DNA of 64,000 bases from an uncultured Actinomycetes bacterium (GTDB lineage: Bacteria; Actinomycetota; Thermoleophilia; Gaiellales; JAICJC01), in contig CAWCPM010000005.1 in NCBI GenBank assembly GCA_963797565.1, forward strand, positions 164,256 through 228,255, written 5' to 3'. A program made the translations under genes and the position numbers. Shown piece by piece: positions 29,022 to 43,231 of the stretch (positions within the stretch are counted from its first letter, which is position 1; every line of letters starts with the position of its first letter). Under the pieces are notes generated by a model, which was given only the letters and a program-made list of their open reading frames with translations, made no database searches and was not told where the DNA came from.

Positions 29022-29680
29022 ATGCCGTTTCCGGCGATCCTCGACCGGCTGCGCGCCGCCTACGGCGTGCGGCCGCACCGGGTGCTGGAGCCGCTGGACG
29101 AGCTGATCCTGACGGTGCTGTCTCAGAACACCAGCGACATCAACTGCGAGCGCGCCTACGCGGCGATGCGGGAGCGCTACCCGCGCTGGCAGGACGTGCT
29201 GGAGGCCACACCGGCGCAGCTGGTCGCGGTGCTGCGCCCGGGCGGCCTGGCCAACCAGAAGGCGCCGCGGATCCAGGCGATCCTGGCCGAGTTGGACGAG
29301 ACGCCGGCCGGGCTCGACCTGGGCTGGCTGGCGGAGCTGGAGCCGGAGGCGGCGATGGCGTTCCTGACCGCGCTTCCGGGAGTGGGAGCGAAGACCGCCA
29401 GCTGCGTGCTCCTGTTCTCGCTGGGCATGCCGGTGATGCCGGTTGATACGCACATCCACCGGATCGCGCTGCGGCTGGGGCTGATCGGCCCGCGGGTCGG
29501 CGCCGAGGCCGCGCATCCCCTGCTGACGGCGATCACGCCGCCTGACCGCATGCTGGAGGGGCACCTGCTCCTGATCGAGCATGGCCGTCGCACCTGCAAG
29601 GCGCGGCGGCCGCGCTGCGACGGCTGCGTGCTGCTCGACCTGTGCCCGTCGGAGCGGAGTTCCTGGCGCAGCCGGGGTAG
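29022..29680 (+). CDS. nth: Endonuclease III family DNA glycosylase (stop lost through an apparent 1-nt deletion at 29677/29678)
   Basis: LSQNTSD, HhH LPGVGAKTA, VDTHIHR, C-x6-C-x2-C-x5-C Fe-S motif. Confidence 0.85.
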
Positions 29681-30686
29681 TCGGCCGACTCGACGGCCGC
29701 GCCCGCGCCGGCCGGCGGCGTGGCGGGGCGCATCGCCGGCTGCTTGCCGCGGCGGGGAGGGCGGGTCACCCGGATCTCCTGGGCGACGGCGTAGGAGCCG
29801 ATCACGAGCGTGGCTGCGAGCAGCTGTGCTGCCAGCCCCTCGGCGGTCGGGAAGATCGCGAGCCAAAGGCCAAGCGAGTCGGAGATGGGCAGGGCCACGT
29901 TTGTGGCCGGGATCCAGCCCGCCAGCTGCATCTCCTGGACGGACTCGCCGACCATCACGATCAGCACCAGCCCGATGGTGACCCCGGTCGCCACCAGCAT
30001 CCGCCGGTAGGGCAGGCGGCGCTGCAGCCGGAACGTAACGACGCCCACCAGCGAAGTCAGCGCCAGGCCGATCGCGACGCCCTCCAGCACGGTCGCCGAG
30101 CCGTATACCAGCCGTAGGTTCTGCAGGAAGATGACGACTTCGAAGCCCTCGCGGTAGACCGAGGTGAACCCGAGCGCGGCCAGGCCCAGCAGCAGCGCGC
30201 GTCGACCCTGGTTGCCGTCGTCGGTGAGGCGCTTGCGGCGCCGGTTGTGGTGCGTGATCCAGCCGGTCCAGTAGACCTTGTGGAAGAACCAGTTCATGAC
30301 CACGAGCAGCACGCCCACCGCCAGCAGGCTGGTGGCAGCCTGAATGCCCAGACCCGGGTTCCCGAACATGCCGATCACCCAGATCGCCAGGAACCAGGTG
30401 CCGATGCTGGCGAGCATGGCGGCGCCGGCGCCGATCGCGACCGGGCGCCGGTGGGCTCGGTTAGCGCCCATCATGCTGGCGGTGATCGCGGCCAGCACCA
30501 GGATCGATTCCAGCCCCTCGCGGAACACGAGCACGGCACTGTCAACGACCCGGAGCCGTGGCTGAGGCGCTGGTCGGCGGTCGGATCGGAGACGTTGCCC
30601 GAGCCTGCCGCGAGTTGCCTGATCGCGACGACGGCCGCGACCGCGGCGAGCGACCACCAGATGAACGTCCGTGAGTTTGGGCGCAG
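29677..30686 (-). CDS. FTR1/EfeU family high-affinity iron permease (apparent 1-nt deletions at ~30550 and 29677)
   Basis: Two RExxE motifs (FREGLE, YREGFE). N-terminus with TM segment lies in another frame (30471..30833). Start uncertain. Confidence 0.8.
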
Positions 30687-30698
30687 CCGCTGCCTCGA

Positions 30699-30714
30699 GT
30701 TAGGGCACCCTAAC
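30699..30714. promoter_or_regulatory. Palindromic operator upstream of the iron permease (DtxR/IdeR-like half-sites)
   Basis: GTTAGGG-CA-CCCTAAC, perfect 7-bp arms containing TTAGG/CCTAA. Confidence 0.55.
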
Positions 30715-30775
30715 CACCCACGCCGGACCCGCGAACGAGAGGTGTCCGGGAGCACCATGCCGGGCGGTGCTGCGG

Positions 30776-31450
30776 CTACGCGTGCACGCGCTGCGGGCGC
30801 CGGCGCCGCGGTGGCCAGCCGCTCACGGCCCACAGGTAGAAGCCGGACAGCGCCAGCGCGCCGAGCGAGTAGTTGATGCGGATCTCGGAGGCGTGGTCTG
30901 TGGCAACACAGTCCCGGTCCAGATGAGGTGTCTCCGAGTCACTGTAGGCGCGTCTGAGCAATGGTCTCGGCCATCACCGGTACGTGCGGAACTCGGCGCG
31001 TGACGGCGGCAGGTCGAGCAGCACCACCGCCGCCGTCACCGCCACCATGGCGAGCAGCGGCGCGGCCAGCCGCGCCCCCAGGGGTCGGCGTCGCAGCACC
31101 GCCAGGCACGACACCAGCGCCACGACCGCCGTCGGCGCGAGGAACGCGAAGAACCAGGACCAGGCGTGCGACGGATCCAGCGTGCGCGCCAGCGGCAGGC
31201 TGGCCGCCATCGCCCCCAGCATCAGCAGCGCCGCCAGCCGGTCGCGCTGCTCGAACAGCCGGTCGGCCACGCGCGGGGTGAACGACTCCGCGACCGACCT
31301 CGCGTCTCCCATCCGCCGCACCGCCTCCGGCTCACCGTGTGCCGCGGCGCCCTCGCGCAGGTGAGCGTCCAGCTCCTCGATCACCCTCCGCCTGCGGCGC
31401 CCGTGCACCCGCAGGTGGCGGTCGAACTCCGCCAGCCAGTGTTCGATCAC
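30776..31450 (-). CDS. PadR-associated membrane protein (HAAS/permease-prefix-like N-terminus), interrupted by an in-frame TGA at 30974-30976
   Basis: N-terminus WLAEFDRHL...IEELDAHLRE...EAVRRMGD; ORFs 30974..31450 and 30776..30961 are in the same frame. Confidence 0.55.
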
Positions 31451-31764
31451 TGTGCGATCACCGCCTGCATCGCCCCCGCGAACGCCGCCCAGTCCCGTCG
31501 CCTGGTCGCCAGCGAGCCGCGGCCCGCCTGCGTCACGGCGTACACCCGCCGCCGCCGCGGCGCGTCGTCCGACCAGTGGCTCTCCAAAAGGCCGCTTCGC
31601 TCCAGCCGGTGCAGCGCCGGGTAGACGGTGCCCTCGGTCAGGTCGAACGTCCCCTCGCTCTGCTCACGCAGCCGCTCGATCACGCGGTATCCGTGGGCGG
31701 GCTCGGCGACCAGCACGCTCAGCAGCAGCAGGTCGATCTGTCCGCGCAGGTCGGTGGCACTCAT
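31447..31764 (-). CDS. PadR family transcriptional regulator
   Basis: LLLLSVL..EPAHGYRVI, EGTVYPALHRLE..GLL, RRRVYAVT. Confidence 0.9.
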   Translation of the reverse strand: MSATDLRGQIDLLLLSVLVAEPAHGYRVIERLREQSEGTFDLTEGTVYPALHRLERSGLLESHWSDDAPRRRRVYAVTQAGRGSLATRRRDWAAFAGAMQAVIAQ

Positions 31765-31801
31765 ACCTAGACAGCCTAGGTATAAATCGGTGCGGTGTCA
31801 A
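31763..31801 (-). promoter_or_regulatory. Leaderless sigma70-type promoter of padR overlapped by a palindromic operator
   Basis: Minus strand TTGACA-17-TAGGCT-8-ATG; inverted repeat ATACCTAG-N5-CTAGGTAT (31763-31783) covers the -10 and start codon. Confidence 0.8.
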
Positions 31802-31890
31802 GGCTGGCCCGACATCCAAGAATCTGCTACAACTCGACTGAGATTTTCTACATCTGACCAACTGAATCAACTCGCAAGGAGCAGCACCGT

Positions 31891-33801
31891 ATGAGCAAAG
31901 TGATTGGCATCGATCTTGGCACCACCAACTCGTGCATGGCGGTGATGGAGGGCGGCGAGCCCACCGTCATCCCCAACGCCGAGGGCGGTCGCACCACCCC
32001 GTCGGTGGTCGCGTTCACCAAGGACGGCCAGCGCCTGGTCGGCACCCCGGCCAAGCGGCAGGCGGTCACCAACCCCCAGAACACCGTCTTCTCGATCAAG
32101 CGCTTCATGGGCCGCAAGGCCTCGGAGGTCAGCGAGGAGCAGAAGATCGTCCCCTACGAGGTCGTCTCCGGCCCCAACGGCGACGCCCGCGTACAGGCCG
32201 GCGACAAGACCTTCCCGCCGCAGGAGATCTCCGCGATGATCCTGCAGAAGCTGAAGGCCGACGCCGAGGCCTACCTGGGCGAGCCCGTCAGCGAGGCCGT
32301 GATCACGGTCCCCGCCTACTTCAACGACGCCCAGCGCAACGCCACCAAGGATGCCGGCAAGATCGCCGGCCTCGAGGTGCTGCGCATCATCAACGAGCCG
32401 ACCGCGGCCTCCCTGGCCTACGGTCTCGACAAGGAGCACGACCAGACCATCCTCGTCTTCGACCTGGGCGGCGGCACCTTCGACGTCTCGGTGCTGGAGC
32501 TGGGCGACGGCGTGTTCGAGGTGAAGGCCACCTCCGGTGACAACCATCTGGGCGGCGACAACTTCGACAAGGCCATCGTCGACTGGCTGGCCGCCGAGTT
32601 CAAGCGCGACCAGGGCATCGACCTGAGCAAGGACCCGATGGCGCTGCAGCGGCTCTACGAGGCCGGCGAGAAGGCCAAGATCGAGCTGTCCACGACCCAG
32701 TCCACCAACATCAACCTGCCGTTCATCACCGCCGATGCGGACGGCCCCAAGCACCTCGACACGACCCTCACCCGCGCCAAGCTGGGCGAGCTCACCCACG
32801 ACCTGATCGAGCGCACCGTCGGCCCGTCCAAGCAGGCGCTGTCCGACTCCGGCCTGTCGGCCTCCCAGATCGACCAGGTGATCCTGGTCGGTGGCATGAC
32901 ACGCATGCCGGCCGTGCAGGACAAGGTCAAGGAGCTGATCGGCAAGGAGCCGCACCGCGGCGTCAACCCGGATGAGGTGGTCGCGATCGGCGCCGCCATC
33001 CAGGCCGGCGTGCTGAAGGGCGAGGTCAAGGACGTGCTGCTGCTGGACGTGACCCCGCTGTCGCTCGGCATCGAGACCAAGGGCGGAGTCATGACCCGGC
33101 TGATCGATCGCAACACCACGATCCCCACCCGCAAGGCCGAGATCTTCTCGACCGCGGAGGACGGCCAGCCGTCGGTGGAGATCCACGTGCTGCAGGGCGA
33201 GCGCGAGATGGCCACCTACAACAAGACCCTGGGCAAGTTCCAGCTGGTCGGCATCCCGCCGGCCCCGCGCGGAGTGCCCCAGATCGAGGTCGCGTTCGAC
33301 ATCGACGCCAACGGCATCATGCACGTGTCGGCCAAGGACATGGGTACCGGCAACGAGCAGAAGATCCAGATCCAGGGCGGCTCCGGGCTGTCCGACGACG
33401 AGGTGCAGGGCATGGTCAAGGATGCCGAGGCACACGCCGACGAGGATCGCCGCATGAAGGACCTGGCCGAGGCCCGCAACGAGGCCGAGGGCTATGCCTT
33501 CTCCGTCGAGAAGTCGCTGAAGGAGAACGATGAGCGGCTGGACGACGCCACCCGTACCGACATCCGCTCGAAGATCGACGCGGTCAAGGCCTCGCTCGAG
33601 TCCGAGGACGCGACCGAGATCCGGGCCAAGCTGGAGGCGCTGCAGGAGGCCTCCTACGAGCTCGGCAAGCTGGTCTACGAGCAGGCCACGCAGGCCGGCA
33701 ACGCACCGACGGGCGCAGCCGGCGATGACGGCACGGCCGCCGAGGGCGACGAGGAGATCGTCGACGCCGAGGTGGTCGACGAGGCGGGCGATCGCGCGTG
33801 A
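31891..33801 (+). CDS. dnaK: Chaperone DnaK
   Basis: [42 protein letters not shown]. Confidence 0.98.
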   Translation: MSKVIGIDLGTTNSCMAVMEGGEPTVIPNAEGGRTTPSVVAFTKDGQRLVGTPAKRQAVTNPQNTVFSIKRFMGRKASEVSEEQKIVPYEVVSGPNGDARVQAGDKTFPPQEISAMILQKLKADAEAYLGEPVSEAVITVPAYFNDAQRNATKDAGKIAGLEVLRIINEPTAASLAYGLDKEHDQTILVFDLGGGTFDVSVLELGDGVFEVKATSGDNHLGGDNFDKAIVDWLAAEFKRDQGIDLSKDPMALQRLYEAGEKAKIELSTTQSTNINLPFITADADGPKHLDTTLTRAKLGELTHDLIERTVGPSKQALSDSGLSASQIDQVILVGGMTRMPAVQDKVKELIGKEPHRGVNPDEVVAIGAAIQAGVLKGEVKDVLLLDVTPLSLGIETKGGVMTRLIDRNTTIPTRKAEIFSTAEDGQPSVEIHVLQGEREMATYNKTLGKFQLVGIPPAPRGVPQIEVAFDIDANGIMHVSAKDMGTGNEQKIQIQGGSGLSDDEVQGMVKDAEAHADEDRRMKDLAEARNEAEGYAFSVEKSLKENDERLDDATRTDIRSKIDAVKASLESEDATEIRAKLEALQEASYELGKLVYEQATQAGNAPTGAAGDDGTAAEGDEEIVDAEVVDEAGDRA

Positions 33802-34360
33802 CCGAGCACGGTCCCTGCCCGGGGCCCGATCCCGCACCTGCGGGGCCGGGCCCCGAGCCCGCGGGCGCGGACATGGCCGAGGTGGTCGAGTCCGAGCTCG
33901 ACCAGGCGCGGCGCGCCGCCGACGAGTACCTCGCCGACCTGCGCCGCGTCGCGGCCGACTTCGACAACTACCGCAAGCGGGTCGCCCGCGACGCTGAGTC
34001 CCAGTCCACCCGGGCCGCCGAGTCGCTGGTGTCCGAGCTGCTGCCCGTGCTCGACAACCTGGAGCGGGCGCTCGACGCCTCCGAGCACCACGAGGAGGCG
34101 AAGGTGTCCGAGGGCGTGCAGCTGGTGCGCCAGCAGCTGGTCGACCTGCTGCGCCGCCGCGGCCTCGAGGAGATCGCCAGCGAGCCCGGCAGCGAGTTTG
34201 ACCCGCACCTGCACGAGGCCCTGTCGCAGCAGCCGTCCGACCATCCGGAGGGTGCGATCTCCGAGGTCTGGCAGCGCGGATACACGCTGGGCGACCGCGT
34301 GATGCGGCCTGCCCGCGTGGTCGTCTCCAGCGGTTCGCCCGCCACCGTCGAGGAGGACTA

Positions 34361-34361
<1 letters not shown>
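33798..34361 (+). CDS. grpE: Nucleotide exchange factor GrpE
   Basis: [47 protein letters not shown]. Confidence 0.95.
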
Positions 34362-35466
<1,105 letters not shown>

Positions 35467-35470
<4 letters not shown>

Positions 35471-35852
35471 CCGATCCCTCAGAGCACCCCCGCTACTCGA
35501 TCTCGGTGGCCGCCGAGCTGGCCGGCATGCACCCCCAGACGCTGCGCATGTACGACGCCAAGGGGCTGGTCAGCCCCCGCCGCACGCCCGGCGGTACCCG
35601 CCGCTACTCGGACTCTGACGTCGCCCGGCTGCGCAAGGTCACGCACCTCACCACCGTGCTGGGCCTGAGCCTGTCCGGCGCCACCCACGTGCTCGCTCTT
35701 GAGCAGACGGTGGTGGAGCTGCTGAGCCGCGTGGACGCGCTGGAGGCGCAGCTCGACCTGCAGGCGCGGCGCCTGCACCAGGAGGTATCCGCGGTGCATC
35801 GGCGCTACCGTCGGGATCTCGTCCCCTACACACCCGCGAAACACCCATTGCG

Positions 35853-35871
<19 letters not shown>
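35467..35871 (+). CDS. hspR: MerR-family heat-shock repressor HspR
   Basis: [33 protein letters not shown]; position after dnaJ. Confidence 0.9.
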
Positions 35872-38362
<2,491 letters not shown>

Positions 38363-38366
<4 letters not shown>

Positions 38367-39050
38367 GCGAGGCGGGGAAGGCGGCGGTAGCGCAAGAAGG
38401 CGCCGCTGGGCGACCTGTTCGCCACTGCCGTGCACCGCTTCGGCAGCGCCTGGGCCGACCTGGTGGTGGCCACCGCGGCCGCGCTGGGGCTGGCCACGGT
38501 GCCCGTGCTGGTGGTGGGCTCGCGGGGGACCGACACGGCCACGTTCGTGGCCAGCGTGTTCAGCTACGGCGTCGCCTACTTTCTGCTGCTCTCGCACGTG
38601 ATGCTGCGCGGCCTGCCGGAGCCGGCACCCCGCTCACGGGTGGCGGCGACGTATCTGACCGCCATCATCGTGGGGCTGGTGGCGTCCCTGGTGGTGCTGG
38701 TGTTCCAGCCCTACTCGGTGGCGCCGATGCCGCTGCTGCTGCTGATCGTGCCGGCCGTGGCCGCCGGCGACCGCTCGCCGGCGGGCGCGCTGTGGCGGGG
38801 GCCGCAGATGGCGATGGCCCACTTCGGCCGCGTCTGGGGGGTCTGGATGGTCACGCTCCTGTTCTGCGCGCCGGTCGCGATCTCGATGTTCCTGGTCGTG
38901 CAGTCGGTGGCCGGATCGATCACCGGTACGCTGCTGGCACTGGCGCTGGCGGCGCCGGTGGCCTGGCCGTTCTCGGCGCTGTTCATCCGCGCGCTCTACG
39001 GCGACCTCACCGGGCGCACCGTGGTTGCCCCGCAGGACCGCACCGATTGA
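38363..39050 (+). CDS. Hypothetical membrane protein (apparent +1 frameshift near 38390)
   Basis: Hydrophobic ORF 38430..39050; GTG 38363 overlapping the clpB stop joins it after removing one base. Confidence 0.55.
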
Positions 39051-39055
39051 GCCAG

Positions 39056-39086
39056 TTCCCCCGCGCGGCACCTGCCGCGCGGGGAA
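39056..39086. terminator. Hairpin between convergent genes (probable bidirectional terminator)
   Basis: TTCCCCCGCGCGGCA-CC-TGCCGCGCGGGGAA, about 14-bp stem. Confidence 0.6.
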
Positions 39087-39096
39087 TCGACCATGT

Positions 39097-40479
39097 CTAC
39101 GCCGCCGGTGCGATCGGGTGGTTCGAGCGGATCACGTCGGTGGGGTCGTACCAGCGCTTCAGCTCCGCCAGCCGGCGGTGCACGGTGGAGGGGTACACGT
39201 CCGCCGGATCCACCGATCGCTCGTGGAAGTTGATGTAGCTGGTATCCGATCGGTGCTGCTCGAGGGCGGCCGTTACCGTGCCGACCGCTGCCAGCACCGC
39301 CTGCTTGGCCGGCGGCACCGGCGCGATGCCGACTGCGTACATCGCGTACGCGGCGTCGAAGTGGCCGACCGCGCCCTGGCCCGGCGTGGGCCGGCCGATC
39401 GCCCCGCCCAGCTGACGCAGCTCGACAGACAGCAGGGCATCGAGCGCACCTGACATGCCCAGGCTTGCGATCTCGCTGATCGTGTCCGTCGAAAGCTCAC
39501 CCAGCAGCATGCCGTCGCCGGCACCGGGCACCGGGTGCTCCGGGTCCATGTGCAGCGCCGAAAGCGCCGACGTCGGGATGGTTGCGACCGTGTCCATCTC
39601 GGGCGCGAGCTTGCGCAGCGGCGCCAGCAGCTCGGCGCCCTCCCGCTCGTCGCCGAGGTGGATGGCCTCGACCACCACGAACTTGCGTCCGCGCAGCGGC
39701 TCCGGGATCTCCGGGATCGGCGGCAGCATCAGCAGCCGGCCGACGGTCGTCATCGACTCCGGCAGCGATGGCACGAGGTCGTGCCACGCGTGCAGCACTT
39801 CGGCTGCCCGCTCGATCGGCCAGAACATGACGCCGGCGTAGACCTCAGGGACCGGGTAGAGGGTGAACTCGATCGCGGTGACGATGCCGAAGCTGCCGCC
39901 GCCGCCGCGCAGCGCCCAGAACAGCGCCGGATCGTTGTCCGCGTCGGTGCGGATGATCTGGCCGTCGGCGGTCACGACCTCGATCGCCGTGACGCTGTTC
40001 GCGGCCACCCCGTAGGTGCGGCTGAGCCAGCTGAGGCCGCCGCCGAGGGTGTAGCCGACCACGCCCACGTCGGGCGAGGATCCGGACAGGGCGGCGAGGC
40101 CGTGCTCGTGGGCGGGGACGGTGACGTCCATCCAGAGCGCGCCCGCCTGGGCGCGGGCGGTGCGCGTGTCCGGGTCGATCTCGACGCCGCGCATCTCGTG
40201 CGTCTTGATCAGGATCACGCCGTCCAGCCGGCTCGCGAGCGCCGCGGCGCCGTGGCCGGTCCCCTGGGCGGTGACGCCGTACCCGTTGTCGGCGGCGAAG
40301 CGGACGGTCTCCGCGATGTCCTCGGCGGACGCGGCCACCACCACCGCGGCCGGGTGCAGGTCCGCGGTCAGGTTCCACGCGGAGCGCGCCTCGTCCCACG
40401 ACTCATGGCCGGGCTCAACGACCCGGCCGGCGAGACGGTCACGCAGTGCTGCAAAGTCCTCTACACGAAGGGTGCTCAT
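39097..40479 (-). CDS. FAD-binding oxidoreductase (VAO/berberine-bridge family)
   Basis: PAAVV, QGTGHG (covalent FAD His), VGVVGYTLGGG, LFWALRGGGGSFGIVT, LKRWYDP. AGGAG RBS before ATG 40479. Confidence 0.9.
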   Translation of the reverse strand: MSTLRVEDFAALRDRLAGRVVEPGHESWDEARSAWNLTADLHPAAVVVAASAEDIAETVRFAADNGYGVTAQGTGHGAAALASRLDGVILIKTHEMRGVEIDPDTRTARAQAGALWMDVTVPAHEHGLAALSGSSPDVGVVGYTLGGGLSWLSRTYGVAANSVTAIEVVTADGQIIRTDADNDPALFWALRGGGGSFGIVTAIEFTLYPVPEVYAGVMFWPIERAAEVLHAWHDLVPSLPESMTTVGRLLMLPPIPEIPEPLRGRKFVVVEAIHLGDEREGAELLAPLRKLAPEMDTVATIPTSALSALHMDPEHPVPGAGDGMLLGELSTDTISEIASLGMSGALDALLSVELRQLGGAIGRPTPGQGAVGHFDAAYAMYAVGIAPVPPAKQAVLAAVGTVTAALEQHRSDTSYINFHERSVDPADVYPSTVHRRLAELKRWYDPTDVIRSNHPIAPAA

Positions 40480-40630
40480 TGTCGTACTCCTGTCGTCGGT
40501 CCGTTCCCGGGCGCGGCCGGGCCGGCGTGTGTTCGTCCGTGCGCCAATCATCCGGCACCTGCGGAGCGTTGCCGGTGTGGTTAACCCCCCAAGCGCGTGG
40601 GGCTGCCACCCGGCGAGCGATACTAGGCAG

Positions 40631-41482
40631 ATGGAGGTCAGGCACTTCGCAGACGCGCAGGCAGCGCTCGATCAGGTGGCCGCGCCGCTGGGTGCGGCCG
40701 GCGCCGAGGGTGAGCTGTCGCTGGGCCTGCTGCGCCGCCTGGTGGATACGCCCGACGCGTTCGGGAGCGAGGTGACCATGATCGCCGCTGAGCGGTCGGG
40801 GCGGCTGGACGCGTTCGTGCTCATGACCGGCGATCACCCCGCCCTGGTGGCCGGGTTCGCTGAGCCGGCCGAGATCCGGTTCGATGATCTGGTCTCGGCG
40901 ATGCTCGAGGTGGGGCGCAGGCCGACCGGGGTGAACGGCGCCCGGCACGTCAGCGAGCCGTTCGCCCGCGCCTGGCGCGACGTGGCCGGTGCGCAGGTGG
41001 AGGTTCGCCGCGATCTGCACGCCTTCGAGCTGCGCGTCGTGCGCCGGCCGGCGCCGCCGCCGGGCGCGTTTCGGACGGCGGGTGCCGGCGACACGGATCT
41101 GCTTGAGCGCTGGGTGCTCGCGTTCGCCGAGGCCATCGACGAGACGATCTCGCCCGCCGACGCATCGCAGACGGTCGCTCGCATGCTGCCGAACGACGAC
41201 CTGGTGGTTTGGGAACGTGACGGTGAGGTGGTCTCGATGGCGGCGGTGGTGCGACGCACGCCCTGGTCGTCCTCCGTCGCCTACGTGTACACCCCGCCGC
41301 CGCTGCGCGGCCGTGGCTTCGCGAGCGCCGTCGTGGCCGAGCTGTCGCAGCGCGAGCTGGATGCGGGGCAGTCGTGGTGCTCGCTGTTCACCGACGCGGC
41401 CAACCCCACCAGCAATCACATCTACACCGAGATCGGGTACGAGCCGCGCTGCGACTTCCGTTACCTCAGCCTCACCTGGTGA
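40631..41482 (+). CDS. GNAT family N-acetyltransferase
   Basis: VAYVYTPPPLRGRGFAS, LFTDAANPTSNHIY..IGY. Confidence 0.85.
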   Translation: MEVRHFADAQAALDQVAAPLGAAGAEGELSLGLLRRLVDTPDAFGSEVTMIAAERSGRLDAFVLMTGDHPALVAGFAEPAEIRFDDLVSAMLEVGRRPTGVNGARHVSEPFARAWRDVAGAQVEVRRDLHAFELRVVRRPAPPPGAFRTAGAGDTDLLERWVLAFAEAIDETISPADASQTVARMLPNDDLVVWERDGEVVSMAAVVRRTPWSSSVAYVYTPPPLRGRGFASAVVAELSQRELDAGQSWCSLFTDAANPTSNHIYTEIGYEPRCDFRYLSLTW

Positions 41483-41492
41483 CGGGGCGACG

Positions 41493-42416
41493 CTACTCCG
41501 CGTAGTAGGCGCGGGCGATCTCCGCCGCCAGGGCGGCGTTGTCCTCGATCAGCCGGCGGTTGGCGGCCAGGCTGCGGCCCTCGGTCAGCTCGTGCACGCG
41601 TCCCAGCACGAACGGCGTAACGTCGGCGCCGCGAATGCCTGCGACCTCCGCCTCGGCCAGCGCCTGGTCGACCGCCGGCTCGATCTCGTCGGCCGACAGC
41701 GCGACCTCCTCCGCCACCGGGTTGGCCACGACCACCCCGGCCGCGCGGGCGAACCCCCAGTGCGTGGCGGCCAGCGCTGCCACCGTGGCCGGGTCGTCGA
41801 CGCGGTCGGGCAGGAGGTGGGGGCTGTCGCGCTGGTAGAACAGCGGGAAGCGGTCGGTGCCGTATCCGATCACCGGAATCCCGCGTGTCTCCAGCTCCTC
41901 GAGCGTGGCCGATACGTCCAGCAGCGACTTGACCCCGGAGCAGACCACGCACACGGCCGCGAAGGCGATCTCGTAGGTGTCGGCCGACACGTCCCGTGTC
42001 TGCTGCCAGCCGCGATGCACGCCGCCCAGTCCGCCCGTCGCCATGAAGTGGATTCCCGCGATCCGGCAGACCGCCAGCGCGCCGGCCACCGTGGTCGCGC
42101 CCAGGCCGCCGGACACGACGCTCGCAGCAAGGTCGCGCGGGCCCACCTTGCGCGCCGTGCGGGCCACCGACAGACGCTCCAGCTCCTCCTCGTCGAGGCC
42201 GACCCGAACCGCCCCGTCCACGACCGCGATCGTGGCCGGGACCACGCCGGCCTCGCGGACGCGGTCCTCGCAGCGCAGCGCGACCTCCAGCCCGTCGGGA
42301 TGCGGCAGGCCGTGGGCCACCAGCGACGTCTCCAGCGCCACAACCGGCTGCGATCGGATCAGGGCGCGCTCGACCTCCGGCGCCAGGCGCAGCAGCCCGG
42401 TGAAGCCGCGGGTCAC
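41493..42416 (-). CDS. psuG: Pseudouridine-5'-phosphate glycosidase
   Basis: VALETSLVAHG, PATIA, ATTVAG, ATGGLGGVHRG, SGVKSLLD, VTPFVL. Confidence 0.9.
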   Translation of the reverse strand: MTRGFTGLLRLAPEVERALIRSQPVVALETSLVAHGLPHPDGLEVALRCEDRVREAGVVPATIAVVDGAVRVGLDEEELERLSVARTARKVGPRDLAASVVSGGLGATTVAGALAVCRIAGIHFMATGGLGGVHRGWQQTRDVSADTYEIAFAAVCVVCSGVKSLLDVSATLEELETRGIPVIGYGTDRFPLFYQRDSPHLLPDRVDDPATVAALAATHWGFARAAGVVVANPVAEEVALSADEIEPAVDQALAEAEVAGIRGADVTPFVLGRVHELTEGRSLAANRRLIEDNAALAAEIARAYYAE

Positions 42417-43207
42417 GGCAACGGCCCGTCGAGGCCCGCGCAGTGGTCGGCCAGCAGACGGCCGTCGTCCAGTGCATCGTCCTCGTCGGCGCCGGCCGCC
42501 AGGGCGGACAGGAACCCGGCCGCGAAGGCGTCGGCCACGCCCATCGGATCGATCGCCGGCAGCGCCCCGTCGTCGCTGATCACGGGAAGGTCGGCGAGGT
42601 CGTCGATGCCGCCGATTGCCTCGGCCTGCGCCGCGGTGGCCAGCGCCACGTCGGGCTGCAGCTGAACGATCCGCTCGCGCACCAGCGGCGACACGATGTC
42701 GGCGCAGGCGAGGTCGATCGAGAGGCTGGCGCCGGCTCCGCGCGCCATCTCGCAGGCGCGCTCGACCGCGCCGGCCGAGGGCTGCTCGAGCAGCGCGTAG
42801 CCGCTCACGTGCAGCACGTCGGCGTCCTCGAACCATTCCGGCCGGAGCAGCTCGTGCGCCAGCTTCGTGCAGACGCCGCGGTCGGTGAGCGCGGTGCGCC
42901 GTGCACCGGGCGTGCGCACGACGGTGGCAACGCCCGTGCGGCCTTCGACGCCCGGCCCCTCCAGCTCGACTCCGCGGTCGGCCAGCTCCGCCTCCACCAG
43001 GTCGCCCAGCCGGTCATACGAGCGGGCCGACACCGCCCGCCCGCGGGCTCCGGCCGCCACCACCCAGCATGCGCAGACCGCGGCCTGGCCACCCACGGTC
43101 AGCCGCGTCTCGGCCGGTTCGGCCGACGCCGCCAGCAGCCCATCGGGCGGGGTGATCAGCGACAGGGCCAGCACGTCTCCGAGCGTCACGATCAAGGGCT
43201 CCGGCAT
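42413..43207 (-). CDS. PfkB family carbohydrate kinase (pseudouridine kinase-like)
   Basis: GGQAA, LHVSGYALL, DPMGVADAFAAG (degenerate PfkB signature); GTGA-coupled to psuG. Confidence 0.75.
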   Translation of the reverse strand: MPEPLIVTLGDVLALSLITPPDGLLAASAEPAETRLTVGGQAAVCACWVVAAGARGRAVSARSYDRLGDLVEAELADRGVELEGPGVEGRTGVATVVRTPGARRTALTDRGVCTKLAHELLRPEWFEDADVLHVSGYALLEQPSAGAVERACEMARGAGASLSIDLACADIVSPLVRERIVQLQPDVALATAAQAEAIGGIDDLADLPVISDDGALPAIDPMGVADAFAAGFLSALAAGADEDDALDDGRLLADHCAGLDGPLP

Positions 43208-43231
43208 GGGCGCGATGCTACACTCGGCCTC

